NCBI GenBank assembly: GCA_951406725.2
Contig: OX597825.1
Coordinates: forward strand, 53,630,001-53,694,000
Source of the DNA: Octopus vulgaris
Lineage: Eukaryota
DNA length: 64,000 nt
Reading direction: 5' to 3'
Shown in pieces: positions 28,734 through 42,589 of this stretch (position 1 is its first letter; the number at the start of each line of letters is the position of its first letter). The position numbers and the translations under genes were made by a program. Below the pieces are notes generated by a model, which did no database searches, was not told where the DNA came from, and was given only the letters and a program-made list of their open reading frames with translations.

Positions 28734-29597
28734 CAGGGGCGGCAGTTATATTGAGAGAGAGACAGGCAGATAGCGGTGGTATTTTGATATTGAAAAGTAT
28801 TTTTTCATTGAAGTAATTATTTTCATTGCAACAACCTGATATGCATAAGTGCATTAACTTATCGTCTTCTTGCTTAAAAAATTTTAATTTGCCTATAAGG
28901 GTTAATTACCCTATACTCTGGATTCACAAGAAACACGGTTGAAAACTGCCTGAGAAAGGCTGAACAGATATAGAACAGAGATCGGAGAGCAACAGCGAGA
29001 AGTTATAATAAAAAGAAGAAAAACACAACACCGACGGAGATGAGAGGAAATTAATGTAGACAAACATTAAGAATATTTAAAGAAAACTAAACTATGAATG
29101 CCATAAAAATACAAACCATCCTTTGTTTCTTAAATAGGCTGCCTTAATTTTCCCTATGCGATGGAATTTACTCTGGTCCTACTAGTATGATAGTTATACG
29201 TTGTAATTTCGAGAGGTTGCAAGAGTGTGTTCGTGGTCACTAATTTGATGGTTCTAGCGTTTTGCGGCCTTGTTGATTTGTTTGGAAAATAATAAATCCA
29301 TCTTTCTTCTGTTGCGTTGGAGTAAAATAGATATTTGATTTTTCAAGGTCTCATAATGTTCTTTTCTCTTTTAAGCGTGACATTTAGAATGTTTACCGTT
29401 GTTAAGCTCACATTTCAGTGGAATTTGTTCAATGACCAATTGTTCATTTCATGATGTTGTTAACTGTGTCCCCTATAGGCAATCATATTCAATAACCTGC
29501 TAGGGCGCAGGGTAAGGAATCTAAATGTTTCGTAGATCACTGCCGGAGCAAAATGATTGCTTAATTCAACCCACTTATCACACATAGAATTGATTTA

Positions 29598-29803
29598 AAA
29601 TTTTGGCACAAGGTCAGTAATTTCAGGGTAGGAGTAACTCGATAACATCATTCCCGATGCTCAACTGGTACATATTTTATTAATACCAAAAAGATGAAAG
29701 GCAAAGTCCACATCGACGCAATTTTAACTCAGAGCATAATTACGGACGGAACGCTGCTAAGCATTTTCCCCGGCGTGCTAATGATTCTGCCAGCTTGCTG
29801 CCT
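29598..29803 (-). mobile_element. MetaSINE/MESC-like SINE
   Basis: Minus GGCAGCAAGCTGGCAGAATC..GACTTTGCCTTTCATC..TAAAATATGTACCAG; same family as 28255 and 63681. Confidence 0.7.
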
Positions 29804-30967
29804 AACGAAAGTATTAATATTGCTAGGATAATAGCGACATTAAATTTGACCCATTCGCTCATCTTGATTCAGCGGATATCCATGTTTAAGCGAAAGAATC
29901 TCCTGGCATGTATAATAATCTGCAGATGGCTTAACGCGATATTTGTATGACCTCTCGTGAAATTAATGTCTTTTAGGTAACTCTGAGTGATGGGGAGGTG
30001 ATAATAATCAATGACAGAATTGGTTGAGTTTTCATTTTGAATCTCATTCAACGCAAGATTAAAGAACTAGTGTTATTCGAAATGTTCATATTTGTGAACA
30101 GATTTTTATCATTGTTTCTTATAAGATCGTTTTATTATCAATGCTAAACACCCCTTCACAAAAATTGCTAACTTCACATTCGACTGAGATTTTGAAATTT
30201 CATGCATTCCTTTAATTTTAAGAATACAGCGTCTTGGGGGCTGTCATTAGTTTGACTTTGATATCATATTTTCAGGTTATTTATTGTGTTTCTTCTTCTA
30301 TTTCACTGTACATTTTGTTTGCAATTATGAATCGAATTTATAGTTTAAAATGCCCTCTTCATGTATATGTGAATTCGTTCCTTCTTTTATTAAGCATTTA
30401 TATATAAAAGCCCCTGTTATACATGTATTTAATCTTTTCTTTCCGAAGAAGCATTTATATGATTTAAACCCGGTATCATTTTTATGATTTAAACCGCGTA
30501 TCATTTTCCACAAGTACGGAATTATTGACTACGCTTGTGGAGAAGTAGGCTTTCCATCACTTTAGTTTTCAATATTATTCCCTGTTTTTGTCAGATACTT
30601 TAGTGAGAAGGACTGGAATAATTGTTCTCGAGTAGTTTATTTCGATTGTTTAATATACATCTCAATAGACGTACTAGACGTAACAGAAGTTGATTCAGTG
30701 CAGTTCTTACACACATAACTATTAGAAGATTAGAAAATTCCTTTTACCTAACACTACGAGCCTTGTGAGACATCAGTAAATATTAATGATTTGTAGGTAC
30801 GTGGTATTTCGCTATACAGTCATAATATACTATAAAGTATATTAAATATTTTTATATGTGAGTATCAGCTTCTACTGCGTTAGCAGTACGCTTTACATTA
30901 TTTTGTTAAGATTATATCTACAGATATTCTATAGATATTATTGCCAGCACTGATTTTTGCTGCAACG

Positions 30968-31264
30968 TTTCGTATACGAGACGACAGATGTAAACAAACA
31001 ATGCGATCAAAGATGAAAAGTGGGTAATGGGCGTAGTATATGCCATCTTCCAAAGGTTTTTGCCCCTTTTTCAGCTTGTGTGTCGAATAATTTTACGCCG
31101 CTGTATGTTGTGGCTCTTTAAGCACTGTGTTCGAGAATGATGAATGGGTTAGATGGATGCTGATGAAAGGGCGAACATCCATGAAATATGACATATATGC
31201 CCATTACCCGTCTTTCATGTATGATCTCATTGTTTGTTTACATCTGACGTCTCATATAAGAAAA
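30968..31264. mobile_element. MITE-like element with about 70-bp imperfect terminal inverted repeats
   Basis: GAGACGACAGATGTAAACAAACAATG..GGGTAATGGGC versus GCCCATTACCC..CATTGTTTGTTTACATCTGACGTCTC. Confidence 0.65.
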
Positions 31265-31265
31265 T

Positions 31266-31312
31266 GATGTGTGTGTTTCAGGTGTTTAAATAACACCTGA
31301 AACACACACATC
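31266..31312. repeat. Perfect 21-bp hairpin
   Basis: GATGTGTGTGTTTCAGGTGTT-taaat-AACACCTGAAACACACACATC. Confidence 0.9.
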
Positions 31313-32854
31313 GGATAATGTATTGAGAGATATTCTAATTAGAATATTAAACATTTTCATAGCTGAAGGTTTGATGAGCCCACACTGACCTAGGGTTAAA
31401 TATTAAAAACAAGTTAGAATTAAAACTCAAATGTCCATCCCGACTGAATATATATCAGAAATTCAGTACCCTAATCATACAGCCAGTTTATATATGTATT
31501 GCAAATAGTTTACCAATGGTGTGGTGTCCTCAGATTGTTTTCTTTTCTATGCATAGAGATTTGTGTAATAAGATGATTCTCAAGAAGAGATAATATAAAC
31601 TATCTATTGACTATTCACCTTTCAATATATATATATGGTGTATGTGTGTGTGTGTGTGTGTATTTAGGTGTCACCACGTTTGTATGGATGCATGTATTCA
31701 TATGGATAGATAGATAGATGGATAGATAGATATTCGTATATATACACATGTAATGAGATTGTGCTAATGAAAAAAGACATTGAATGAGTACACGATTACA
31801 CTCACGACCATACAAACAGTTTTCGGTAAATAAATGTATGAATATATATATATATATATATGCGTGTGTCTGTGTGTATATGTATGTATGTGTGTATATA
31901 TATACACACTTATATATATATATATATTTATATGTGTATACACATACATATATAAATGTAATAACACGCACATTGGCATACACACAGACACATTCGTATA
32001 TGTGTATGTAAGCATGTAGTTATATACATATTCATGTCTACTTGTACAAAGAACATAGGAATTAAATATAGTATTTATTGGTGTAAAGAAGTTACGAATG
32101 ATTTATTCAAGGTCACCGAGGGAGAAAGCCTTTTTATATTTAAATAGAACGTTTACAAAAAATGTAGCTAAAATAAACTTAGTATACATTAAAGTAAGCC
32201 GGGAGAAATTTCTTTGATAAAATAATATCCCTCAAAGTTTTGCTTGTTGATTTGGAATGATTTATCTCAGTATAAATTATTAATTTATGTCTAAGTTGAA
32301 ATGGAAACATTATTCATTTTTATGACATTTCGGTTATTCAAATTTTTGCATCAATATTTTTTTTTAATATTTATATTGGCATGAGTTAAGTAGTTTTATA
32401 AATGGCATCAGTAAATGTCTTTCTATTCCACCTCGTCTTCTTTCAAGAGTGAATATCAAAACAAACTAGGTTAGTCTATATATCTAACATTCAATATTTT
32501 CATCGTCGACCAATTTCTATCTTTGAAAGTTGCGATATTTCCAACATAATTTCCTTCCTAGAATATCTGCTTAGATTTTCTATATTTAGTCGAGTTGCAG
32601 ACTCTTGAATAAAGCAGACAGTTGGCACCTTTTACATAAGACTTCTGAACTTACTACTTATATACCATTTCCACCAATCCCACCAGAAAGCACCTTGCTT
32701 TTTTTATCTCCTCCCATTACCACTATACTTTCAAATCACTCATGCTCTAGACTGAACATGTAACCATAAATTATTTTCCAGAACGTCAAAGTTAAAGAAT
32801 TCCCTTCAGAATTCTCTCTCTCTCTATATATATATATATAGAGAGAAGTGGGGG

Positions 32855-32926
<72 letters not shown>

Positions 32927-34498
32927 CATATGTCACAGCGTGATGATGTCTTTGCTCCGAGTATCAGGAGTATTAGGATTATCAGCAATTGGTTATTCGA
33001 TATTCCTACTAGATTTATGTATCAATCATATACCCACTGATCATTAAAAATCCAAATATAACAAAACAACAAATTTACACGCATCAAACCGTTAATTTAG
33101 AAGATGTTTGTCTTATAATATAGAATAATAAAGATAATTTACTTTTATGGTAATAGTTGGTTTTCTTGTGGTTAGTTTTATCACAATTCTCAGATCTCAT
33201 CTATATTACCCATTAATCTTTTATTCTGTTTAATCTAGTTCTGTATTCGTGAATAAAGCAAGAAGTTGGCATCGTTACGTATAGTCCTGTACAAGCAACT
33301 TATAGAGCATATTAACAAATTTCAACAGAAAGACTATTTTCTCTTTCCTACCACTCTATCTCATCGTATTGATTGTGAACTAAACATGTCAGCCATTCAT
33401 ACTTTGCCAGAAAAGCAGCGGTGCAGAGATTCCCTCCAGACATCAGTTTCTCTATAGTTCCCTTCAGGAAATTCTCTTGGTGCTACAAAGTTCCATTATA
33501 AAACATATATCCGACTGAAGTTTCACGGAAAGCATGTGGTAATGACAAAATGAGTAGGTATCAGATGAAAGCAGACTCATGGATTCCAGTCTGATATATT
33601 TGCAATTGTTGGTTTGCGAAGATTCATATAAGCTTGGAGAGTTTAGGGGTGGTTCTTTTTGCATAATCTGTAAAGACTATTACTACAGAAAAAGATAGGA
33701 TGTAAGCAATGCAATATTTTAATTTGTCAATCTGAACCTGTGTAAACTAATTGTGAATTGGGCTTCCAAAATTGAAACATAATTCTCACGAATGACGTCA
33801 TCTGCCAACCTTGAATATAGCGTTTAATCATGCATGAGAGTACGAAGAATAAATGACCTCTAATATCTCAAATGGATCAGTCATTGTTTATGAATACATT
33901 TTATTGGAATATTAAAGTGTAACCACAAGTGCCGTATATTTTCTAAAGATAGAATTAATGGGTGGAATATTATTTCTCTAACATTTGCACTGTTGAGGTT
34001 CACTACATCTACTTTCAAAAGACACCGTTATGGAACTTTTATTAAGAAGATATTCCGAAATTTTTGAAAGGCACCGAGATTCTACATGTCTAGCCAATCA
34101 CTATACCAATATGTGTACTTAATCTTCGAAAAAATACATTTTAATCTTCGTCCTTGTTAATAGTATTTAATCTCAATAAATATTTTGAGTTATAAATCCA
34201 TGAGCTTTCGACACCAATGCCAGTCTTAGTGGCTTGTTTTAAAATTGTATTTTGCTGTCTTAAACAGGCTTCGTTCACATTTAATCAATGCTTCATTTTC
34301 TCTCGTGTTATCGAAAATGCATGAACGTCACATTAATATATATTTTAGCAAATGAAACAATCCTGTCACGCTACACTCAATACACTGTACTGAGAACATT
34401 CTATTCGACAAAGGTTACTTTGGAACAACCTTGAGATTTTTTACGATATATATATACATAAATACATATATATATGAAAATATGCATGTGTATCTATG

Positions 34499-34566
<68 letters not shown>

Positions 34567-37314
34567 CTACATAGCTGCACATAATACAAACATGCATATA
34601 CACACACGCGTGCGCATGTTCTACCGTGTATTCGAATTAAAGAATGCTCATGAAATACGCTTTCTATGGATGCTTGAATGACTTCTGAGTTTCATATTTC
34701 TCTCCTTTTATTGTTGCACTTAATCTGTATTATGAAAACGACAGATACAGAAACACATATGCTTATGCACTCATATATGTATATATATATGTGTGTGTGT
34801 ATGCATATATATATATATATGCATTATAAACATATGCATGTATATGTGTGTATACATATATATACATATGTGCATATACACAGAGACAGACATACACACA
34901 TATATACATACATATATATCCACTTATATATACACATGTATATGAATACATATATATATGTATATATACACATATATATATCGTGATGTATGTATATATA
35001 TATGTGTGTGTCTGTGTGTGTGTGTTGTGTGTATGAATGAATATATATACGTATTCTTAATTGTATATCAATTCATCTTTCTATAAGAAACGACTGATGC
35101 TAAAAATTTGCAAAGCCTTGACCACATTTCATCTATTGTCATTTATCAGACTGGAAGAAATTGTGGCTCCACGCATTGAAAACGTGATCTTCAACTCTGT
35201 CCTGTATGTGGACTTTTGTAGAATTTTCGTTTCACTTCTATAAATTTTTTGATGTTGTTTCAACGTATTTGTTTTTGCAGTTTCATTGATATTTATTTTC
35301 TATTGTTCCGTGAAATACGTGTGATTGTAACTTGCCTAGCAATTGTCTGAATATTCTTCAAGAAGCCGTTCATCCATTTTCTCATTTTTATATTTACAAA
35401 GTGTATATTAACGATAAAAAACAAACACAAACAAATGTATTATTTTTTGCTCCTTTTTTTCAATTATATATTTATAAAGATATTGATACACTAAATATTG
35501 GCTGTCAAGCCAATCCAGTCTTCTGTATCTTAAACGTCTTAACAATGTGTTATATTTACCTCCAGACGGCTTAGTATTATGTGGATCAAATGCTGAGCAC
35601 TCTTTTCTTCTTTTTTGCACAGCAGGAAGTAATGAATACAGCACTATAATTCAAGGAGATAGTTATTGTTTCACCTCAGTCCTTCCATTGCACAAGTCGA
35701 TGACTATACGAAACTTTTGATTATAGCTTTAAGTATTGGACGTTTAAATGTCACGCGATTTATCCTGTTTACAGTACATTTTGCCAATGATATTATATGA
35801 GCTGTCAATCTTTTGGATCATTATCTGAAACCGTGTTCAGTCTACCATTAATGGTTTTTATCCATTTTCCTCCAAAGACTGGGAAGCAAAACTGATTTCC
35901 TTTAATCGAATATAAAATTCTGACTACGTATCATTCTGCTAAGATGTGGATTATTGCTGGATCATTGTGCTACAATGTAAAGTCTAAGTCGACGTTATTA
36001 TTTTTTACACCTATTCACTGGAACATAGTTTGTAAAATTCAGATGGATGAAACAAATATTCATCCTTACTGTGATTTAAAACCAGAATTAAAAAGTTTGT
36101 AACCATGTATCACAGCGTACATTTCCCAGACTTACCACGAAACGTTTCAGAGTACCAAACTATGTATTTTATAGATTTTACAGAAGGAATCCGCACAATC
36201 AAATTTTGAGCAGCCTAGATTAAAATGATTGTTACTCTTTTTATAAAGACCGAACGGTTCGGGATAAGCAATTTAGGTGTCATTGGTCTGTATTCAGCTG
36301 CCAATAATAATTCTCGCTGTGGCTAAATGGATTAAATTTAAAAAATCGAGTTTAACTGGCCGTAAAATATTTATTGCTATAAGAGCATCTTATTGCTGTA
36401 AGAAGACTCACCATAGCACATTTTTCAATGGTTGTATTGATATATCAAGCGCTAATGTTGATATGCAGCTACAAGAAAATGTCCCCGAGCTACTAGAAAA
36501 TGACCACTTCAAAATTAATTTTTCTTTGGCTCTTCGTTTAGAATGATTCTAGGAAATTCGCTAGTATACACACTGGACATTTGTATGAGTAGATGCTTTA
36601 AAATGATGTTTTTAAACTCTCTAGTTTTTAAATATTTTGAAAAAACAAACTAAAGACATGGTGCTAAACGTTTGATTGTTACGTCTTAAACCTCATTGTC
36701 TCTGTTCCACACATTTTTTCCATTCTCCGCAATCTCTTCATCCATCTCTCTATTTTTCGGTCTCTTTACCCATGAATACACTCGTACATACGCACATAAA
36801 CACAGACATATACACACACACACACGCACACACACACACACACACATTATATATATATGTCAATATGACAATGTTGTTAGAACACCTACATTACTAGAAA
36901 TAAGAGCTAAAAGATCTAATGCTGTTAAAGCACATAATTGTATACATTTGTAATATGTACTGCAATCGTTCGAAAACACCGGACGAGAGTTCCCTATACA
37001 GCTCAGTCTGGTTCGGTTCATTCCATAGCCTCATTAGCAGGGACCGCTCGATTCGGACTAAATTCCTTCTTAGTACATATGTAATCACCATAGAAATCTA
37101 TGGATGATTTAACGAATCGCTAACGTGTATAAAAAACATTAATATAGACACCCGTGTTAAATGTGACATTTATAGTTTAGTGACAATTATGAATTTCCTT
37201 TATGGTAAGACATTGCATACGGCTGTCTATATTAAATTATATATATATACATGCATATATACGTACATACATACATCTATGTATAAACACACATACATAC
37301 ATACATATATACAT

Positions 37315-37384
<70 letters not shown>

Positions 37385-37429
37385 ACAGAAAAGAGGAGTT
37401 TCAATTATCCCCACGTGGTGAGTTGTAAT

Positions 37430-38215
37430 GTATATAAGAAATTAAAAAAGGAAAACACCCAAATACGCACACTTACATAGTTTTAATATAATTTTTAATA
37501 TATCGACCGGTTTTGCTATTGCTATTCATGATATTATGTTTTACTTATTTGAATATATATTTTTTCTCGGGATGCGGACACCACTATATTGGACAAACAA
37601 GTATGACCTTGAGAAATACAACCGCTCTACATAAAGAGCAAATGCGTTTCCCGCAATGCAGACAAATTCCTCTCAGTGAACATATAGAAAAATGTGCAGG
37701 TAACATCAAACCAAATTTCACAGTCTTCTACCTTTCTACCAGTGCTGAGACACAATCTCTCAACTAGAACGTTTAAGTAAAGAAACTTTTTTCATTGAAA
37801 AATACACAACACATCTTAATATGCACGCATAACCAACTTTTACTTTTTACATATTTCAATTCACGATTACATCACTGTACATAAATCCGCTCACTAAACA
37901 AGGCTTTTGAAACTTGTCTGTACACATATATATTCCCCTCCCATTACCGAAAGCTGAACAGTTATCTCCCTTACACACAACAATAACAGTAATAACGACA
38001 ACCAATTACCTCCCTTTATTTATCTACTTTTGAAGTCATTCACTCGCGAATTTCATCACACACAACATGGACAAAATTTCTTCTTAAGAAAAATATATAT
38101 TCAAATAGGTAAAACATAATATCATGAATAGCGATAGCGAAACCGGTCGATATATTAAAAATTATATTAAAACTATGTAAGCTTGCGTATTTTCCTTTTT
38201 TAATTTCTCATATAT
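37430..38215 (+). mobile_element. 5'-truncated Penelope-like element with inverted upstream pLTR
   Basis: 37566-37800 encodes GCGHHYIGQTSMTLRN..HKEQ..IPLSEHIEKC (GIY-YIG endonuclease); about 130-bp inverted arms 37430-37565 and 38090-38215. Confidence 0.85.
38119..38153 (+). ncRNA. Minimal type-I hammerhead with A3-U8 core (mutated mirror copy 37500-37534, minus)
   Basis: atatc-ATGAATA-gc(gata)gc-GAAA-ccgg-TC-gatat; palindromic ACCGGT stem III. Confidence 0.65.
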
Positions 38216-39055
38216 ATATATTTAAATTAAATTAGAGATAAAACCAATATTTAATAACTGTCTGGCACAGTTTCATAAGATTTAAAGGTAACACATTGCA
38301 CATCGCTGTCTATATTAATGTTACACACACACATATTTATTTATTTATTTATTTAAATAACTGTCTAACATGGTTTGATTGGACTTAAATCTTTGTGGGT
38401 CAGTAGAACGCGTCCCGCACCTCCGATGTTTCGGACTGTTTTCGCCAGTAACTGCACATATTCCACCAACCTGCAGTATCCATTAACAGCAAGAACGAAC
38501 TATTTTACTGTTGTAACCAGATATACGATCCTTGTTTTGGCTGTACTACCCACATGAACAGGGTATTCAATTCTTGCATATAGTATAGCGTAGAGTCTAC
38601 CAATCTCAATTTGAAACCAAACAATCAAATTTGGTTACTCTCACTTAAAGACTAATATATTTCATAATCCAGTAAGTGATGACTGACTTGCTGAACCGTG
38701 CCAATGTTCTAGCCAACTTTGTTGTGCAATGCCCAATACAGTGAACTTCCCCAAAAGGAGCGCTACCATCCAGCCAACATCATTCTGGGAGCCTAAATAT
38801 AAAAAGAAACAGCTAGTGTCGCTTTTATAGAATTAACACCACGTCACATGAGCTATAAATACCTCATACAATAGGCTTAAGATTTGGAAGGTATATTGAA
38901 TTTGTTTGAAATTTCTGACACTTCTACTATTTGGTATGATGTACGCATCCTCCAAACTTTTAAGTCATGTGAAGACGCTAAAACTGCAATTAAAAAATAT
39001 ATTTAACTCCTACCAAATATGTGATGTGCTAATTTCACTTATTCAATCACTCGTA

Positions 39056-39089
<34 letters not shown>

Positions 39090-40020
39090 GGTGTGGCTGT
39101 GTTTTTCTGTGTGAATCTGTGTTTGTGTATAAATCTGTGTGCGAAAAGATATACATTTGTGTATATGTATGTATGTCAAGTATTCGAGATATGTTTGTTT
39201 GCTTTTATTCCTTCAGTAAATGGACACAATCCCTGAATGTGAAGACAAGAACCTAGTAAAAATAAACTGGTGAAGTTGCGAATTCGAGAAGAAATGCTTA
39301 GAAACAGAAACGTAACAACAGAAAGTGGTTGAAAAGTTGATGATTTCGAAGAATAATTTACAAAGCGGGCTAATCTGGAAAGAATAGTGAACATTATTTT
39401 GGAAGCGGGCTATATTGTTGGCATGGTTATGCTTTTAACTTTTGTGTTCATTAGTATACGGCGTGTAATGTATGTACTGCTTCTATTATATACTCTGAAT
39501 TTATACATATTTACACACACACACATACACACACACGCACGCAAGCACACACACACTCACACACACGCACGATCTCACACACACACACAGAGGGTATGTA
39601 ACATCTATACCAGCTATGCTAGAAAGGAGAGTCAACTGTCGAAAGCCACATATTTCTCACTATAAACAAAACACGCACAGTTATCTTATTTTCTAAATTT
39701 TACTGACTCATTATTGTTCCTTTTAAAATGTGGCGGGGACATTTAAATGAACAGTGTAGTGGATATATTTTGAAAGCATTATCATTTGCAGTAAACTAAG
39801 CTGACGATATTGAGTTTTTGTCATTATGTTGAAATTAATTGATACTGAGATGACTACACTTTTCTTTGTGATTTTGCTAAGATAAAGACTCTTGTTTTAT
39901 TCGTTTCATTAATCGAGCGTATTTTGTTTATAATGAGAAATATGTGGCTTTGGAGAGTTAGCTCTTCTTTCATGCATGCAATGTGTCATATTATATTATA
40001 TCATATATTATAATATGTGT

Positions 40021-40437
40021 ATCCTTTCGGTTTGAACGGCAGTTTTTAACATAATTTCTAGGTAACTAAAACATTTTAAACTTCGTATACTGGTAGAGTG
40101 TGTTTATAAGACATCTTTTTCTCTTGGCTTTATTAAGAAAATTCTATAGTTTGTAAGATATTTGTTGTGTTTTCTTCAATTTCTGCAATTTCAACCAATC
40201 AATGATGTCCATTGAGGTTAAAAAACATTCTATGCCGTATGAATATGTCCCTCGTTTAAGAAACAAATTGGGCTTATTTACATTTGTGAAGAAAAAAAGA
40301 TACCCTTCACCCACCCCTAACCCTAACTATCCTTAAAATAGATTGAAATTCAATAGATCGATACTGGGGTCATAATTATGGGTGACAATTTCATATGACA
40401 GCGCTAGGAAAAACTGCCGTTCAAACCGAAAAGTTCC
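40021..40437. mobile_element. MITE / non-autonomous DNA transposon
   Basis: TIRs CTTTCGGTTTGAACGGCAGTTTTT and AAAAACTGCCGTTCAAACCGAAAAG. Confidence 0.8.
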
Positions 40438-41337
40438 TAATATGTTACAATGTTTTACATGTTAGATACAAATGTAAGCAATTTCTTACTAGACACTCTT
40501 TAGACAGAGGAATTAAATAGCATTATTTAGTGTTTCTGTCTGAAGAACTTCAAATCGCATAAATTCCTTATATGTCTATCTAATATGTACAACTTTGTAA
40601 ATCCTGCTAGCAAACGAATTGCGGGTACTGGAGAATAAATAAGAACAGAAATCCGATTTCCTGTTTTGTTTTCTATTTTTAGCGATACTCTCATATCGAC
40701 GTGGGTACGGTACATAAAAGCACATACACAGATCGTTGCAAACGGAAATCGTCCTTCATGGGCGACCGAACCATCATGTCAGGTGCTTTCATTCTATTGC
40801 TCATCATTAGTACGAGGCGTCCGGCACAGCATGCTTGTCAAATCTCGTTACTATGATATAGAGAATATCGATATATTTTTGACCTCTGACTGGTATGCGA
40901 TAACCATACCCCTCACACTGATGATCTCCAGTAGAATGAAATCACGGGATATGGATGCTTCCGTTGTTATGACAGACGATTCTCCTCTGTTACTATCTGT
41001 GTGTTTTATGCAGTGGACGCCTATATTAGAGGATCTCTCAAGAGTAGTAATGTACTATTCAGTCTTCCAAATGATAGTAGCAAAGAAAACGCGTGTAACA
41101 AAGAATAAATGATAACAAAAAATCTGATTTTTTCTTTTTACTGATATTCTCATGTAGGCTAGGGTACATAGAACCGTACTTCATGGTCGCCCCGAACCAC
41201 CATGTCAGGTGACTTCATTCCCCTGGTCATCATTAGTACGAGATGTATTAAAAAGTTGAATATAAAAAAATACCTTTTTGTAGATATTCTGCTTCCGTCG
41301 CCAATTGAATTATATATATATGTGTGTGTGTGCGTGT

Positions 41338-41435
<98 letters not shown>

Positions 41436-42589
41436 ATGTGTGCGTTGAATGTAGGAACGGATAGCAGCCATTTCTAACAGGCAAACATCCAGTACTGAGG
41501 ACACGAATGCACTTAGAATCCGGCTGGTCTACTGATTTAGCTATGCTGGAATGGGAGTGGTTCGCTCCGTTACTCGCAATAAAACAGAGACAGGTTGTGT
41601 GCAGTTAACCAGCGGGAAAAGATGTTTTCCTTGGGTTAAAAGGCAGTAGCAAACTTTGCTCTGCATAGAATAGCCATGTAAAAGGTATAAAGACATTACG
41701 GTATATATATATATACTTTTCTTCAATTATTGGGGTTTGAATGGCAGTTCGATAGAAGAGAATGAATGTTTACCACTGGTCGCTAACCTGCGATAGGTCG
41801 GGAAATGTCACACGATATAGCAGTCTGATGTTGATATTTCGGCGACAACAATTAATTGGAAAATACCGCATGCTCAAAAGGAAATCAACCGCCGGGTGAA
41901 CAGGAAATCGACCACCTGGTAGTCAAGAAATCAGTCGTATATTTGGGGGGAAGTGTCAGTAAATGTCGGGGTGTATATATGTACATGTATATGCCCATAT
42001 ATCTGCGTGTATGTATCCTTAAATATACGATTGTGTATGCGGGCTTAGAATTGCACTCACAGACCCGTGTACGCACACACACACACACACACATGTACAC
42101 ACATGCACACATACAAATGGATACACGCACACCCGCGAGGACACATGCACACGAGCACACGCACGCGTGCGCAAACAAGTGTGCAAGTGTACATACATGC
42201 ACACGCATGTATCCTTACATGGATGCCCGCACATACACGCCCGCGCACACATCCGTGCGCATGCATGCGGTGGGCATATGGATATGCGGTCCCTCGTATG
42301 TGTGCCTGTATGTCTGTACATGTACAAATATATATATATATATATATAAATCGATAAATAGGAGTAAGATACAAGGATACAAGTTTAAGAAGTTTGTAAT
42401 CTTCAAGCCGCCCGTGCCAGGTATAGAAAACAAAAAGCGTACTGTCAAGTATAATAACAATTTTTGGGCGCCAAAGTTTACATACGTTACTGCATATCAA
42501 AGTTACGAGGAAATTCGAGAAGCTGAAAATGTCTGTATAGGTCACGGTTAGCCACTAGAGTTGCCATGAATGCAGATAAATACCCTAAC

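Noticed and set aside
38390-38792. SLC22-like transporter exons (LLGKF / TVRNIG)
   Set aside because: Only short motif resemblance; the ELFPT motif is missing and an in-frame stop intervenes, so no gene call was made.
41856-42551. 231-aa ORF with 'VTAYQ' resembling the T-box FIAVTAYQN motif
   Set aside because: The ORF is mostly CA-repeat-derived and the rest of the T-box domain is absent; a 5-residue match is expected by chance.
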